Source: Nitrospirota bacterium (GTDB lineage Bacteria > Nitrospirota > UBA9217). Taken from it: a DNA stretch of 64,000 bases. How positions within the stretch are numbered: position 1 is the first letter of the stretch; every line of letters begins with the position of its first letter. This document shows positions 22,280-32,445 of the stretch, one piece after another. The stretch covers positions 401,405 through 465,404 of the forward strand of contig CAVWHO010000020.1 in NCBI GenBank assembly GCA_963754875.1, written 5' to 3'. Position numbers and translations under genes: made by a program. Below the pieces are notes generated by a model, which made no database searches, was not told where the DNA came from, and saw only the letters and a list, made by a program, of their open reading frames with translations.

Positions 22280-23068
22280 TTATGTGCCGATGCTTTTTGA
22301 GGCTGGTACGCCATCGGCATTTTCGAGAGACCATTCTGTTGCTGTAAAGCGCCTGCCGGTGATTCTCCGTCCCTCGTCGGATGCGAGAAAGACGGCAACA
22401 GGAGCGATGATCTCCGGCTTGAGCAGGCGCGAGCGGAGATCGTCGGAAATGCCGGATGGGATCATGCCTGTATCGGTAGCACCTCCGGGAAGTATCTCGT
22501 TCACCGTTATACCCGTGCTTTCCAGGTCCTGGGCCCAGATGATCGTCTCGGACTCAAGGGCAGCTTTCGATGGACCGTAGGGCGAGAAACCTTTGCGCTT
22601 CATGGTCTCGTAGTTCATGGTCACATTGATGATTGCCCCGCTCTTTTGACGCAGCATGTGCGGCACAACTACGCGAGCCATGTAGAAGGGACCATTGACG
22701 TTCGTGTCTATGACCATCTTCCATGTTTCAGGGTCTGTTTCCCAGAATCGAGCTGGCTCGGCCATGAAGGTCGGGGAAACGTATTTCATACCCCGGCCGG
22801 CATTGTTCACGAGCACATCAATGCGTCCGAAACGGGAAATTGCTTCTTTTATAACGGCTTCACAGGCACGGTATTCAGCAACATCCGCTAAAAGGGCAAG
22901 GGTTTTATCTTTTCCCCATACAGACACAAAGGAATCGATCTCCTTCCGCTCTCGGGCTGCGATTACTACCACGCGGCACCCTTCCTGCACATATCTCTCG
23001 GCAATGGCTCTGCCCATGCCACGGCCGCCGCCGGTCACAACTGCCACTTTCCCGTCTAATTTGCCCAT
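22280..23068 (-). CDS. SDR family oxidoreductase
   Basis: [17 protein letters not shown]. Confidence 0.9.
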   Translation of the reverse strand: MGKLDGKVAVVTGGGRGMGRAIAERYVQEGCRVVVIAARERKEIDSFVSVWGKDKTLALLADVAEYRACEAVIKEAISRFGRIDVLVNNAGRGMKYVSPTFMAEPARFWETDPETWKMVIDTNVNGPFYMARVVVPHMLRQKSGAIINVTMNYETMKRKGFSPYGPSKAALESETIIWAQDLESTGITVNEILPGGATDTGMIPSGISDDLRSRLLKPEIIAPVAVFLASDEGRRITGRRFTATEWSLENADGVPASKSIGT

Positions 23069-23453
23069 GATCACCTCTCGTATGCTTTTCGCAGATGCAC
23101 AATGCTGGAAGCCGCAACTTCTCGATGTGAGACACTTCAGCGGCGAATAGGCTGAATATCTAATCCTATCATGAATATATTCTCGATTCCAGGCGAAGTC
23201 AAACGGGACGGGTATGCCTGATGTGTAGAGGCTACGAAGGTGCGTTATAAAGGGAAATCTACTATGATATATTGCGGGCGTTGCTGCTGAGAAGCGTGTA
23301 CCTCACGCTGGGGACCGTTCCTTCGGCTATATACTTGAGGTACACAAACTTCGGGTTCATAGCTCGGAACGAAGTAGCCCACCTCCCTCAGTCGCGGTGT
23401 GGCAAAGAAATAACATCACCATCGACCGGTGGATTACATGGACCAATCAACTG

Positions 23454-24533
23454 CTAGTGTAGTGCGTCCAACGCTTCTTTACTTTTGGCGACCTTGGACA
23501 AAATCTGTTCCACAGGTGCAGTCCATACAAACACCTGCGGATTTTGGTTGTGATTATCGATATAGTTTTTGATAGCATCGATTAATGCTGGCACGTTCCG
23601 AAACGTGCCACGACGTATCCGCTTGTCGGTAATTTCTCGGAACCACCGCTCGACCATGTTCAGCCAAGAGCTCGAGGTCGGGATAAAGTGCAAATGGAAC
23701 CGTGGATGCCGCTTGAGCCAGGTTTTTACGCTGGGATGCTTGTGGGTCCCGTAATTGTCTACGATCAAGTGCAGGTCGAGACCGATCGGGGTCTCTCCAT
23801 CTATTTTCTTGAGGAAGCGGATAAATTCTTGATGCCGATGGCGCGGCAGGCAGTCGCCGATAATCGTACCGTCGAGCATGCTGAGGGCTGCAAATAATGT
23901 TGTTGTGCCGTTTCGTTTGTAATCGTGCGTCATGGTCCCACAACGGCCCTTTTTCAACGGCAACCCCGGCTGCGTCCGGTCGAGTGCTTGGATTTGACTC
24001 TTCTCGTCGACACAGAGCACGAGGGACTTGTCCGGAGGATTGAGATAGAGCCCAACAACGTCGTACAGTTTCTCGACGAAGTTTTTGTCGCGGCTGACCT
24101 TGAAGGTTTTGATCAAATGAGGCTTTAAGTCGTGTTGCTTCCATATACGGCGTATTGTGGCTTCGCTTAACCCTTGAGCCTTGGCCATGCTGCGAGTGCT
24201 CCAATGGGTTGCATTGGGTGGAGTGGTATGGAGGGTGGCTTCGATGACTGCTTGAACCTTCTTCACCGGTATTTTGGGGATACGACCAGGACGGGGTGCA
24301 TCCTTTTCCAGTCCCTCCAGTCGAAAAGCCAGAAACCGCTGTCGCCAAAGCTGCACGGTTGGCCGGGAGACACCAAGCTCCTGTGCAATATCTTGGTTCT
24401 GTACTCCATCCACAGCCATTCGGATGATCAGTGCACGTTGTACAAGTCGCAAGGGAAAGCTTTTTCCACGAACCCAGACGTCCAATTTGGATTGTTCCTC
24501 AGGAGACAAAATAATGGGCGCTGCGCTTTTCAT
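23454..24533 (-). CDS. IS630 transposase
   Basis: Same motifs as the 12694-13833 transposase. Confidence 0.95.
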   Translation of the reverse strand: MKSAAPIILSPEEQSKLDVWVRGKSFPLRLVQRALIIRMAVDGVQNQDIAQELGVSRPTVQLWRQRFLAFRLEGLEKDAPRPGRIPKIPVKKVQAVIEATLHTTPPNATHWSTRSMAKAQGLSEATIRRIWKQHDLKPHLIKTFKVSRDKNFVEKLYDVVGLYLNPPDKSLVLCVDEKSQIQALDRTQPGLPLKKGRCGTMTHDYKRNGTTTLFAALSMLDGTIIGDCLPRHRHQEFIRFLKKIDGETPIGLDLHLIVDNYGTHKHPSVKTWLKRHPRFHLHFIPTSSSWLNMVERWFREITDKRIRRGTFRNVPALIDAIKNYIDNHNQNPQVFVWTAPVEQILSKVAKSKEALDALH

Positions 24534-24594
24534 GATGGCTTAGCATACAGAGTTCCATATCATAAGTCAAGTTATTTATGACGCAGTACACTAG
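23454..24594 (-). mobile_element. IS630-family insertion sequence, copy 2
   Basis: Ends CTAGTGTAGTGCGTC / GACGCAGTACACTAG; transposase stop lies in the terminal CTAG. Confidence 0.9.
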
Positions 24595-24633
24595 ATTGAA
24601 TGGCCAACTGTCAGATCCTGACGCTGAAGATGA

Positions 24634-24662
24634 TTGACAACCCTCTATATATTCAATATATT
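24634..24662 (+). promoter_or_regulatory. Sigma70-type promoter
   Basis: TTGACA-17 bp-TATATT. Confidence 0.55.
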
Positions 24663-24768
24663 ATGCCCGTTGAGCGAAAGTTTCTTGGCTGCAGCCAGCA
24701 GCGGTAAACACTCCACGGGCGAGGAAAAGGGTTTCCCTACTTCGTCTACAAAGGGGAGCCATAGCTAG

Positions 24769-24804
24769 AAAAAGGGCCAATTTCAAAAGAAATTGGCCCT
24801 TTTT
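24769..24804. terminator. Bidirectional intrinsic terminator
   Basis: AAAAAGGGCCAATTTC-aaaa-GAAATTGGCCCTTTTT. Confidence 0.8.
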
Positions 24805-25209
24805 AACTTTGCGACTGCTAACTATACTATTACATTTTTTAACAACCGTTCACATCGGCCATATATTGTGATTTCATATTGTGTGAGCTTGTCCTGAGTG
24901 AAAAAACAGCTTTCAGATATCATTAGTTGTCCGGGCTGCGAAAATATATAAGTGCTGCAGTGTTGTCATGTATCATAAGATACAGGCTGTGTTATCTCCC
25001 CTACCTGAGGCTAATTTCCGCTCTTCCAATTCTTACCAACAGTAATTTATCGGCGCCCTCCGGAAGAATCGCTCTCTAAACATCATTGAACAACTAATCT
25101 CTGCGCTTCAAACGTCGTATTTTGCATCTATTTGAAAAACAGGCGGAGATATTGCATTTATGCGATAACAAATGCCTTATGTCCCCTGTAAATTCAACAT
25201 GCTGGTTCG

Positions 25210-25225
25210 CGGCATGGTTAATGCA
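25210..25225 (+). promoter_or_regulatory. Possible sigma54 -24/-12 promoter
   Basis: cGGCATGgttaaTGCA (GG-N10-GC) ~40 bp upstream of ATG 25265. Confidence 0.45.
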
Positions 25226-25264
25226 ATCATTAAATTAAGATTGAATAGAGAGGGGGACCGGATC

Positions 25265-25573
25265 ATGAAAAAGGTCATGTCAACTCAAGGCGTTTATATC
25301 GGCACAGGTGCAGGCGTCATTCTTTTTGCGCTCTTTGGATTTTTGCCGGGATGCCTGCTCGGTGGTGCTGCCGGTATCAGCATCGCCGGATGGCTTTTAG
25401 GCTTTCCCCTCGATCCAGGGCTGCTCTCACGAGTGATTATTCTGTTATCTATGCTCGCGGGAGTGCTCATATCGGCAAGCGTAATCGTTATTGCATTGTC
25501 CGCACTCGGATGGCTTTTCGGATCGTTTTTGCGCATCTTCATGGATGATAAAACCGTATTGTCAATACTATAG
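25265..25573 (+). CDS. Small Gly-rich membrane protein
   Basis: Hydrophobic ORF with RBS. Confidence 0.7.
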   Translation: MKKVMSTQGVYIGTGAGVILFALFGFLPGCLLGGAAGISIAGWLLGFPLDPGLLSRVIILLSMLAGVLISASVIVIALSALGWLFGSFLRIFMDDKTVLSIL

Positions 25574-25609
25574 GTAGTCAATACTCGATAAAAAGGGAGG
25601 GAGTCTTCT

Positions 25610-26419
25610 ATGAGCAAGAAACTAGTGGTTTTCATGATTGGCTTTATTGTTGTAGTCGGGGGTTTTTATCTCTACGAAACAAGAGTCGCATTCCAGAATC
25701 CGAAGAATTGCACCGCTTGTCACTTTGTAGTTCCCTATTATGAGAAGTGGGCGACGTCGACGCACAAGAACGTGCCTTGTTTGAAATGTCACGAATATTC
25801 AACCGAGCGCGCGCTTGCAGCTCAGTTCCTGTTTCTGGCCGGCTCTTATAATCCGCGGCCACTCACAAACGTCCCGGACAAGAATTGTCTCCAGTCCGGC
25901 TGCCATGATAAAAGGTTGGTCACATCCAAGGTGACGTTTACAAAAAGAGGCATCAGTTTTGATCATAAACCGCATTTTACGGAGATGAAGCGGGGCATCA
26001 AACTGCATTGCAGAAGCTGCCACTCCGACATCGTCCAGGGAGAACACCTTAAGGTATCGATGAACGTCTGCTATCTTTGCCACTTCAAAGGTGTTCCTCA
26101 TGACCAGGCCCAGACTGGATGTCCTTCATGCCATGCTGCTCCTGCGAACCCCATTGTCTACAAAGGCAAGAGCTTCTCTCATGCGGCGGCTTTGAATGCC
26201 GGTTACAAATGCAACAAGTGCCATATAGAGATTACGAAAGGCGATGGAGTCACACCTCGGGACAAATGCTACTTCTGCCATGTCGACAGAACGGAAAAGT
26301 ATTCTGATGTCAATCTGATCCACGAAAAACATGTTACCCAGAAACAGATTGATTGCTTGTATTGCCATTCGAAGATAGAGCACGGGAAAATTAAGATGGC
26401 TGAAAAGATGCCAATTTAG
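25610..26419 (+). CDS. Membrane-anchored multiheme cytochrome c (8 CXXCH + 1 CX4CH)
   Basis: N-terminal TM; CTACH, CLKCH, CLQSGCH, CRSCH, CYLCH, CPSCH, CNKCH, CYFCH, CLYCH. Confidence 0.9.
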   Translation: MSKKLVVFMIGFIVVVGGFYLYETRVAFQNPKNCTACHFVVPYYEKWATSTHKNVPCLKCHEYSTERALAAQFLFLAGSYNPRPLTNVPDKNCLQSGCHDKRLVTSKVTFTKRGISFDHKPHFTEMKRGIKLHCRSCHSDIVQGEHLKVSMNVCYLCHFKGVPHDQAQTGCPSCHAAPANPIVYKGKSFSHAAALNAGYKCNKCHIEITKGDGVTPRDKCYFCHVDRTEKYSDVNLIHEKHVTQKQIDCLYCHSKIEHGKIKMAEKMPI

Positions 26420-26450
26420 TTACGTCAGTCAGAAGTTAGAAAGTAATGAA

Positions 26451-26486
26451 AACCGCCATTGGTCATCTATTCTACCAATGGCGGTT
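26451..26486 (+). terminator. Hairpin terminator after the cytochrome gene
   Basis: AACCGCCATTGG...CCAATGGCGGTT. Confidence 0.6.
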
Positions 26487-26729
26487 ATTTAATTGACAAT
26501 GTTGTAATCGTTACTTTTGCTGAAATAATGGAAAACGCACGAATTTTGCGCATAACTTTGGCACAACAATTATTATTGTCTGCAATTTATATTGCAAAGT
26601 TTCATTCAATTTGGTAGCATTTGTTTGAGAGTTTAATGAATTTTTTTCGTCTTTAATGCATTTGTTTTTATTTAAACTTATGATTCCCTCCTCGTGCAGT
26701 TTTGACTGATGGGAATAAAGGTGGATTAG

Positions 26730-27167
26730 ATGTATAAGACCTTTCAATTCATAACATGGGCGTTCTTCTTCCTATTTAACCTCTACACGTTTTCTCCTAT
26801 TTATATCGTTCAACCATCCGGTGGCGGGACCGGGTTCAAGCTCCCGAATGATACATACGGCAGTACTCTTGCTAATCGGACTTTCCGTTTGCCTGGAATT
26901 GAAGAAATGGATGGTGATTTTCATCATCACGACTCACGGGGCAATGATTTGATCCGCATTGTGAAAAAAAGAGCCGTGATCAAGATGGCCGTCGATCTTA
27001 AACCCTTCCAGATTTCAGACGTAAAGCCTTTATCAGATTGCTGCAAAAGCGACTCCGCAACGGTCTACACCAGGCAGGCCGCGATAGACGTTGGCTTTAA
27101 GCATGGTGTGGATGAAGGCTTTTACTTCAAAATAACCGGTCTTTCACCTCCAACTCCTCTCTCATAG
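26730..27167 (+). CDS. Hypothetical protein
   Basis: 145-aa ORF, hydrophobic N-terminus, ends 'GLSPP'. Confidence 0.55.
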   Translation: MYKTFQFITWAFFFLFNLYTFSPIYIVQPSGGGTGFKLPNDTYGSTLANRTFRLPGIEEMDGDFHHHDSRGNDLIRIVKKRAVIKMAVDLKPFQISDVKPLSDCCKSDSATVYTRQAAIDVGFKHGVDEGFYFKITGLSPPTPLS

Positions 27168-27369
27168 CAGTTTCATAAATTTTCTCTTTTTTACTGACGA
27201 ACCCAACAACCTAATGTGACCCTTGTGGATATTACTGTACCCGTTGGGTCGAGAATCTGTTTGGAAATGTTTCCAAATACAGAGCTAATACGCTCTATTT
27301 ATTTTAAAGATGGCGCTCAAGCTAAATCATCATTAATCATTAAATACCAAGGAGGCTGGATAGTAAGCA

Positions 27370-27708
27370 ATGGTAAGGAAACTCTCGATGGTTTTCGTAA
27401 TGCTTGTCGTTTCTATTTATTTATTCGGTAGTGTTGCAAATGTTTTTGCCGAGACGGAATGGCAAAAGGAACACCCCCGCAGAAAAGAGGTAAATAAACG
27501 TTTGAACAGACAAAACAAACGCATCGACAGAAAGGTCAAAGAAGGGGAAAGGTCTAAAGGCGAATCCAAGAAGCTTCATCAGGAAGATAGAAATATTCGC
27601 CAAGAGGAACGGGATATGGCCAAGCAAAATGGTGGGCATATTACCAGGCAGGAACAGAGAGCACTAAACCAGCAGGAAAACCAAAACAGCAAGGCAATTC
27701 GCAATTAA
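27370..27708 (+). CDS. Secreted highly charged hypothetical protein
   Basis: Signal peptide, GGAGG RBS, 'HPRRKEVNKRL...NGGHITRQE'. Confidence 0.75.
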   Translation: MVRKLSMVFVMLVVSIYLFGSVANVFAETEWQKEHPRRKEVNKRLNRQNKRIDRKVKEGERSKGESKKLHQEDRNIRQEERDMAKQNGGHITRQEQRALNQQENQNSKAIRN

Positions 27709-27893
27709 TCCTGATTGTTGCTCTTACGACAAATTATATTGAAGCGACAATCCTCAGGAGAGACAATATTTCATTCGGTTAGCACGACATGCCCGAGTGA
27801 TTCTGTCTGAATACGTTTCTACATATTGGGGTAACCTGAGCGAAGGGGATACCCACCTTATTCAATTCTAATTTAAAAGGAGTCTTAAAAAAA

Positions 27894-29582
27894 ATGAAAA
27901 GATTTATGAGTGCAGCTTCACAATTTAGCACGATTTTATTTATTGCGGTTTTCCTTGGCGCCTGCGGGTCGGGAGGCAGCGGAGGGGGCGCCAGTTTAAC
28001 CCCTACCCCGACATACACCGTAACCTATAACGGCAACAGCAATACCGGCGGCAGTGACCCGGTTGACGCAACCAACTACGAGCAGGGACAGAACGTTACG
28101 GTGCTCGGGAACACAGGCAACCTTGTGAAGACGGGGTATTCCTTCGCTGGCTGGAATACGCAGGCTAACGGGTCCGGAACGACCTATACGGAGCCGCAGA
28201 GTTTCGCGATGGGTACTGCAAATGTTACATTGTTCGCGAGGTGGACCTCAAGCCCAACATATATCGTCACTTATAACGGCAACGGCAATACTGGAGGTAG
28301 CGTCCCGATTGACTCAACCAACTACGAGCAGGGGCAGAACGTCACGGTGTTCGGAGCGACCCTTGCGAAAACCGGATATTCCTTCGCTGGCTGGAATACG
28401 CAGGCAAACGGATCCGGAACGACCTATACGGAGCCGCAGAGCTTCACGATGGGCACGACAAATATTACCCTCTACGCAGTGTGGACGGCAAACCCAACGT
28501 ATAAGGTAACTTATAACGGCAACGGCAATGCCGGCGGTAGCGTCCCGACTGACTCAACTAACTACGTGCAGGGTCAGACCGTTACGGTACTTGGCAATAC
28601 AGGAAACTTGGTGAAAACGAACTATTCCTTCGCTGGCTGGAACACTCAAGCGAATGGATCCGGCACAACCTATACGCAGACGCAGACTTTCACGATGGGT
28701 GCGGCAAATGTTATCCTGTACGCAAAGTGGACTAACACTGTGACGGCTACACTAGCTTCCATAACGGTCACTCCGGCTAATCCCACTATCGCTCTCGGAT
28801 TAACACAGCAATTTACGGCGACCGGCCACTATTCGGACGGCTCGACTCAAGACCTCACGACGACCGCGATCTGGAGTTCATCTACGACGAGCGTCGCCGT
28901 GATCAGCAACGCGACGGGTTCAAATGGCCTCGCTACCGCTGTAGCCGTGGGAACTAGTACGATCACCGCGACCTCGGGCAGCATACCTGGTTCGACTACG
29001 CTAACAGTCAATGCTGTATCAGGCGGTACGACATATATTTACTACTCTCTAACTTTGACAACTGCACAAACAGCGACTCTAGACGCGAATGGCACACTTA
29101 ACATGGGTGGGTTGAAATTAACTGGGTTCAGTTTTGGTGTCAGCGCTTCAGACGCTTCGGGAACCCTTACAAGCTGGGCGGCACCGTTGAGTAACGTAAA
29201 TCAACCAAATGTTCCAGTGATGCTTTTTTGCGGGACGAACAATAAGTTGGCCTATGTGCTGCTGTTATCAAATGCCAATGATCCGAATAGAACAAATTCC
29301 AGTGTCGTTAACTTACTATCGGCAGTTGAAAGTGCAAGTCAATATAGCGGCATCGGAGTATACACTGACTGTTCTGGCACCTTTACTTCCTCTTGGAACA
29401 ATGACTTGCCATACACAGACTACTACCTTTGGCCCAATGTGATTAATACCTACAGCTACGCATATGTTGCGAGTGAGTTGAATAATGCCTTCATTTTTTA
29501 TGAAACAGGGCAAACATCCAACCCGGATAATTACCTTGCCATTACATGGAAGGGTACAACCCCTTTTGAAGTTTGGAAGTAA
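27894..29582 (+). CDS. Lipoprotein with three InlB B-type (Listeria-Bacteroides) repeats and a Big_2 Ig domain
   Basis: Lipobox LGAC; 3x 'YxVTYNGN...SFAGWNTQANGSGTTY...W'; 'SITVTPANPTIALGLTQQFTATG'. Confidence 0.9.
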   Translation: MKRFMSAASQFSTILFIAVFLGACGSGGSGGGASLTPTPTYTVTYNGNSNTGGSDPVDATNYEQGQNVTVLGNTGNLVKTGYSFAGWNTQANGSGTTYTEPQSFAMGTANVTLFARWTSSPTYIVTYNGNGNTGGSVPIDSTNYEQGQNVTVFGATLAKTGYSFAGWNTQANGSGTTYTEPQSFTMGTTNITLYAVWTANPTYKVTYNGNGNAGGSVPTDSTNYVQGQTVTVLGNTGNLVKTNYSFAGWNTQANGSGTTYTQTQTFTMGAANVILYAKWTNTVTATLASITVTPANPTIALGLTQQFTATGHYSDGSTQDLTTTAIWSSSTTSVAVISNATGSNGLATAVAVGTSTITATSGSIPGSTTLTVNAVSGGTTYIYYSLTLTTAQTATLDANGTLNMGGLKLTGFSFGVSASDASGTLTSWAAPLSNVNQPNVPVMLFCGTNNKLAYVLLLSNANDPNRTNSSVVNLLSAVESASQYSGIGVYTDCSGTFTSSWNNDLPYTDYYLWPNVINTYSYAYVASELNNAFIFYETGQTSNPDNYLAITWKGTTPFEVWK

Positions 29583-29588
29583 TCATAA

Positions 29589-29631
29589 GTCATGACACAC
29601 TGGCGTAACCGGTGTGTCATGACTCCTTTTT
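29589..29631 (+). terminator. Intrinsic terminator
   Basis: AGTCATGACACAC...GTGTGTCATGACT followed by a T run. Confidence 0.7.
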
Positions 29632-29678
29632 ATAGAATACGTATTTTTCTCTTTATCCTTTGACGCCTTTCAAGCTGC

Positions 29679-30496
29679 TTGTTGGGCAACGAGCTATCCG
29701 GCGTCGTCCAAGCCATTGGCCCGGGGTTGATGCGCTTCGCCAAGAACGACCGAGTGTTCGCGCGCGTGGACAAGAACATCATGGGCGCCTTCGCCGAGTA
29801 CGCCGTGGTCCATGAAGACTACGCGGCGCGAATGCCGGCGTCACTGGACTTCCCATCAGCAGCGGCGGTGCCGCTCGCAGCGCTCACCGCGCTGCAGGCG
29901 CTGCGCGACGAGCTGCACCTGAACGCCGGCCAACGGGTATTCATCCCGGGCGGTGCCGGGGGAGTCGTACCTTCGCGATCCAGATCGCCAAGCACTTGGG
30001 TGCTCACGTCGCCACGACGGCCTCGCCGCGTGGCGAGGCGCTCATCAAGCGCCTTGGCGCCGATGTGGTGATCGACTATTCGCGCGAGCGCTTCGAAGAC
30101 AAGCTGTCGGGTTACGACTGTGCCTTCGATCTGCTCGGCGGCGAAACACTGGCGCGGCTGTGCTCGGTGTTCAAACCGGGTGGACACGTCGTTTCGATCG
30201 CGGGCGTGCCTGAGCCCGTGACGGCGCGTAAGGATCTGCGACGTGGCAGCGGCCTTGCAGCGCTCTTCTGGTTCGCCAGTCTGCCGACGCGCCTAGCCGC
30301 TGCGCGCCATGGCCTCAACTATCGTTATCTGTTCATGCATCCGAGCGGCACCGACCTGGCCTATCTGGCTTCCCTTATCGACGCCATGCAGCTTGAAGTT
30401 GTCGTCGACCGAGTCTTTCCGTTTGCCGAGGCGAAGCAGGCGATGGCCTACCTGGAGGCCGGCCACGCCAAAGGCAAGATTGTCCTTGCCCTGTAA
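29679..30496 (+). pseudogene. NADP-dependent (MDR/quinone) oxidoreductase, 5'-truncated and frameshifted
   Basis: Starts mid-domain 'LGNELSGVV'; GGAGGV then a frameshift near 29962; ends 'GHAKGKIVL'; GC-rich relative to flanks. Confidence 0.8.
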
Positions 30497-30876
30497 CCCC
30501 ATCGCGAGACGCTCAACGTCCCAAACCTCGCCGGTTACGACGTGGAAACCGATGCCCAACCAGTGGGGCAAGGCGCCACGCGGGCTTTTGTCAGCGTCGC
30601 GTTCAAGCGAAAGCTACTACCAGTACTCGATAGAGTTTATTTTTCTCGAAACACCAATAGTAATAGGTGCTGTCGAGACCGAAGGAATTCAAGATGACGT
30701 GGGAAATTTCGCTTGAAGTATGCGGCGCGGTTTCCTTCCTGAAACAGTGGAGTTCTCAACTCTCGCAACAATAAACAGTTCAATCGGAAATTATCATTTT
30801 CTACCCAGAAAATACTCCTTTTGGTAATTGACATCCTTCGTATTCTTGATTCGTCGCTAAATATCGCTTGACAGAG

Positions 30877-30894
30877 GTTAGCATAATTGCTAAC
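30877..30894. promoter_or_regulatory. Palindromic operator of TA operon
   Basis: GTTAGCA-TAAT-TGCTAAC between TTGACA and the start codon. Confidence 0.6.
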
Positions 30895-31231
30895 ATGCCA
30901 AAGATGAAATATACCATCGAGTATTTCCATGCCCGTGTCAAAAACGACATCGAAAGCTGGCCCGATGGTATATTGGCAGATTATGCTCGTTTGGTGGAAC
31001 TCTTGATGGAGTTCGGGCCGAATCTGCGGATGCCGCATTCGCGCGCCATGGGTGACGGTCTCTTTGAGTTACGACCACGCGGCCGTGAAGGCATCGGTCG
31101 TGCATTTATATTGCTTCGTTGTGGGTCAACGCATCGTGATGCTTCACGCTTTTGTAAAGAAAACGCAAGAAACCCCGGAGAAAGAACTACGCCTTGCCCG
31201 AAAAAGAATGAAGGAGGTACGAAATGGCTGA
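30895..31231 (+). CDS. RelE/HigB (Gp49-like) toxin, +1 frameshift near 31106
   Basis: 'GPNLRMPHSRAMGDGLFELRP...GIGRA', then shifted frame 'YCFVVGQRIVMLHAFVKKTQETP'. Confidence 0.85.
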
Positions 31232-31607
31232 TTTAAAATATAAACCCGTTGCCCACGACCATGAGGCTTTCCTCAAAAAGGCCTCGAAACGGAAAGAGTT
31301 CAGAAAAGCATACGAGGACCTGGAAGAAGAGTATCGGCTTACCCGTGAGATGCTTGCAGCTCGTTCCAAGTTCGGCCTCACTCAGGAAGCCGTTGCAGAG
31401 TTGATGGGGACGACAAAAAGCGCGGTATCACGCTTGGAAGCTGCGGGTAAACATGCCCCATCTCTGACTACGCTCAAGAAGTATGCGCGGGCAGTCGGCT
31501 GTCGCCTGGAGATCAAGCTCGTTCCCAACGCTCGCCTAACCAAGACGCTCAACACGGACCGCCAAAAAGCAGGCGGCCGGCCAATTTCACGTTTAGCATC
31601 TTCGTAA
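31224..31607 (+). CDS. HigA-like XRE HTH antitoxin
   Basis: 'GLTQEAVAELMGTTKSAVSRLE'; overlaps the toxin gene. Confidence 0.9.
   Translation: MADLKYKPVAHDHEAFLKKASKRKEFRKAYEDLEEEYRLTREMLAARSKFGLTQEAVAELMGTTKSAVSRLEAAGKHAPSLTTLKKYARAVGCRLEIKLVPNARLTKTLNTDRQKAGGRPISRLASS
31534..31597 (+). repeat. Degenerate integron attC-like site
   Basis: GCCTAAC...CGCC-aaaaagca-GGCG...GTTTAGC at the gene 3' end. Confidence 0.5.
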
Positions 31608-31775
31608 ACTTTGCTTCCTGGAGTCTGCAATCGATACCATTTGACCAGTTGTGTAACTTCGAAGTAGTATAGTGCAACGACCTTCCCATTTCATACATCC
31701 TAACATTGGTGTTCTTGTTCTTCGCAACCATCACTACTTCATTCAGCAATTCACAGCGGTCTCAGGAGCATTTCA

Positions 31776-31819
31776 TTGACAACACCTTGCAGTGGTGATA
31801 CAATGTAAACACATTGTAT
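31776..31819 (+). promoter_or_regulatory. Sigma70 promoter with overlapping palindromic operator
   Basis: TTGACA-17-TACAAT; ATACAATGT-aaac-ACATTGTAT. Confidence 0.7.
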
Positions 31820-31831
31820 TAAGGAGGAAAT

Positions 31832-32059
31832 ATGATTAAAAAAATGGTTTCTCATGGAAATAGTGCGGCGATTATTATCGATAAGCCAATTTTGCAGCTT
31901 CTCAAGATAGATGAGGATACACCGCTTGAGCTCACAACTGATGGCAGAAATCTAATCATCTCACCAGTTGGCGATGAAAAACGAGAGAAGAGGTTCAAAT
32001 CCGCGCTTGAACGAGTGAACAAAAAGCATTCAAAAACTTTGCAGAGACTGGCCGAGTAA
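31832..32059 (+). CDS. AbrB/MazE-type antitoxin
   Basis: 'HGNSAAIIIDK'; upstream of doc. Confidence 0.85.
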   Translation: MIKKMVSHGNSAAIIIDKPILQLLKIDEDTPLELTTDGRNLIISPVGDEKREKRFKSALERVNKKHSKTLQRLAE

Positions 32060-32064
32060 TCTTA

Positions 32065-32445
32065 ATGAAGGGAAAGATTATTTTCCTAACGCTATCCGAG
32101 GTTGTTGATATTCATGCCGATCAGATTAAACGCTATGGCGGTTCGGACGGTATTAGAGATATTAGCCTACTGAGCTCTGCGGTTGCCATGCCATTCGCTA
32201 CTTTTTCTAGTGAATATCTTCACGACGACATATTTGAGATGGCGGCTGCTTATGCTTTTCATATTTGCCAGAATCACCCGTTCATTGATGGCAATAAACG
32301 TACAGCTCTTGTTTCAGCGCTGGTATTTCTTGACATGAACGGAGAAGATATATCATGCGGTACAAACAAATTGTACGATGCGATGATATCTCTTGCGACA
32401 GGAAAGCTCAACAAATCAAAATTTGCTGAAATATTGCGATCGTAG
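32065..32445 (+). CDS. doc: Death-on-curing (Fic/Doc) toxin
   Basis: HPFIDGNKRT motif. Confidence 0.9.
   Translation: MKGKIIFLTLSEVVDIHADQIKRYGGSDGIRDISLLSSAVAMPFATFSSEYLHDDIFEMAAAYAFHICQNHPFIDGNKRTALVSALVFLDMNGEDISCGTNKLYDAMISLATGKLNKSKFAEILRS

Noticed and set aside
24700..24765. c-di-GMP-I riboswitch (GGTAAAC start)
   Set aside because: Lacks the GAAA tetraloop stem and the GCAAAGC/CTAA consensus; kept only as an unassigned RNA candidate
28012..28735. Nucleotide repeats suggesting DGR template/variable repeats
   Set aside because: They are in-frame tandem protein domain repeats and no reverse transcriptase is in the window
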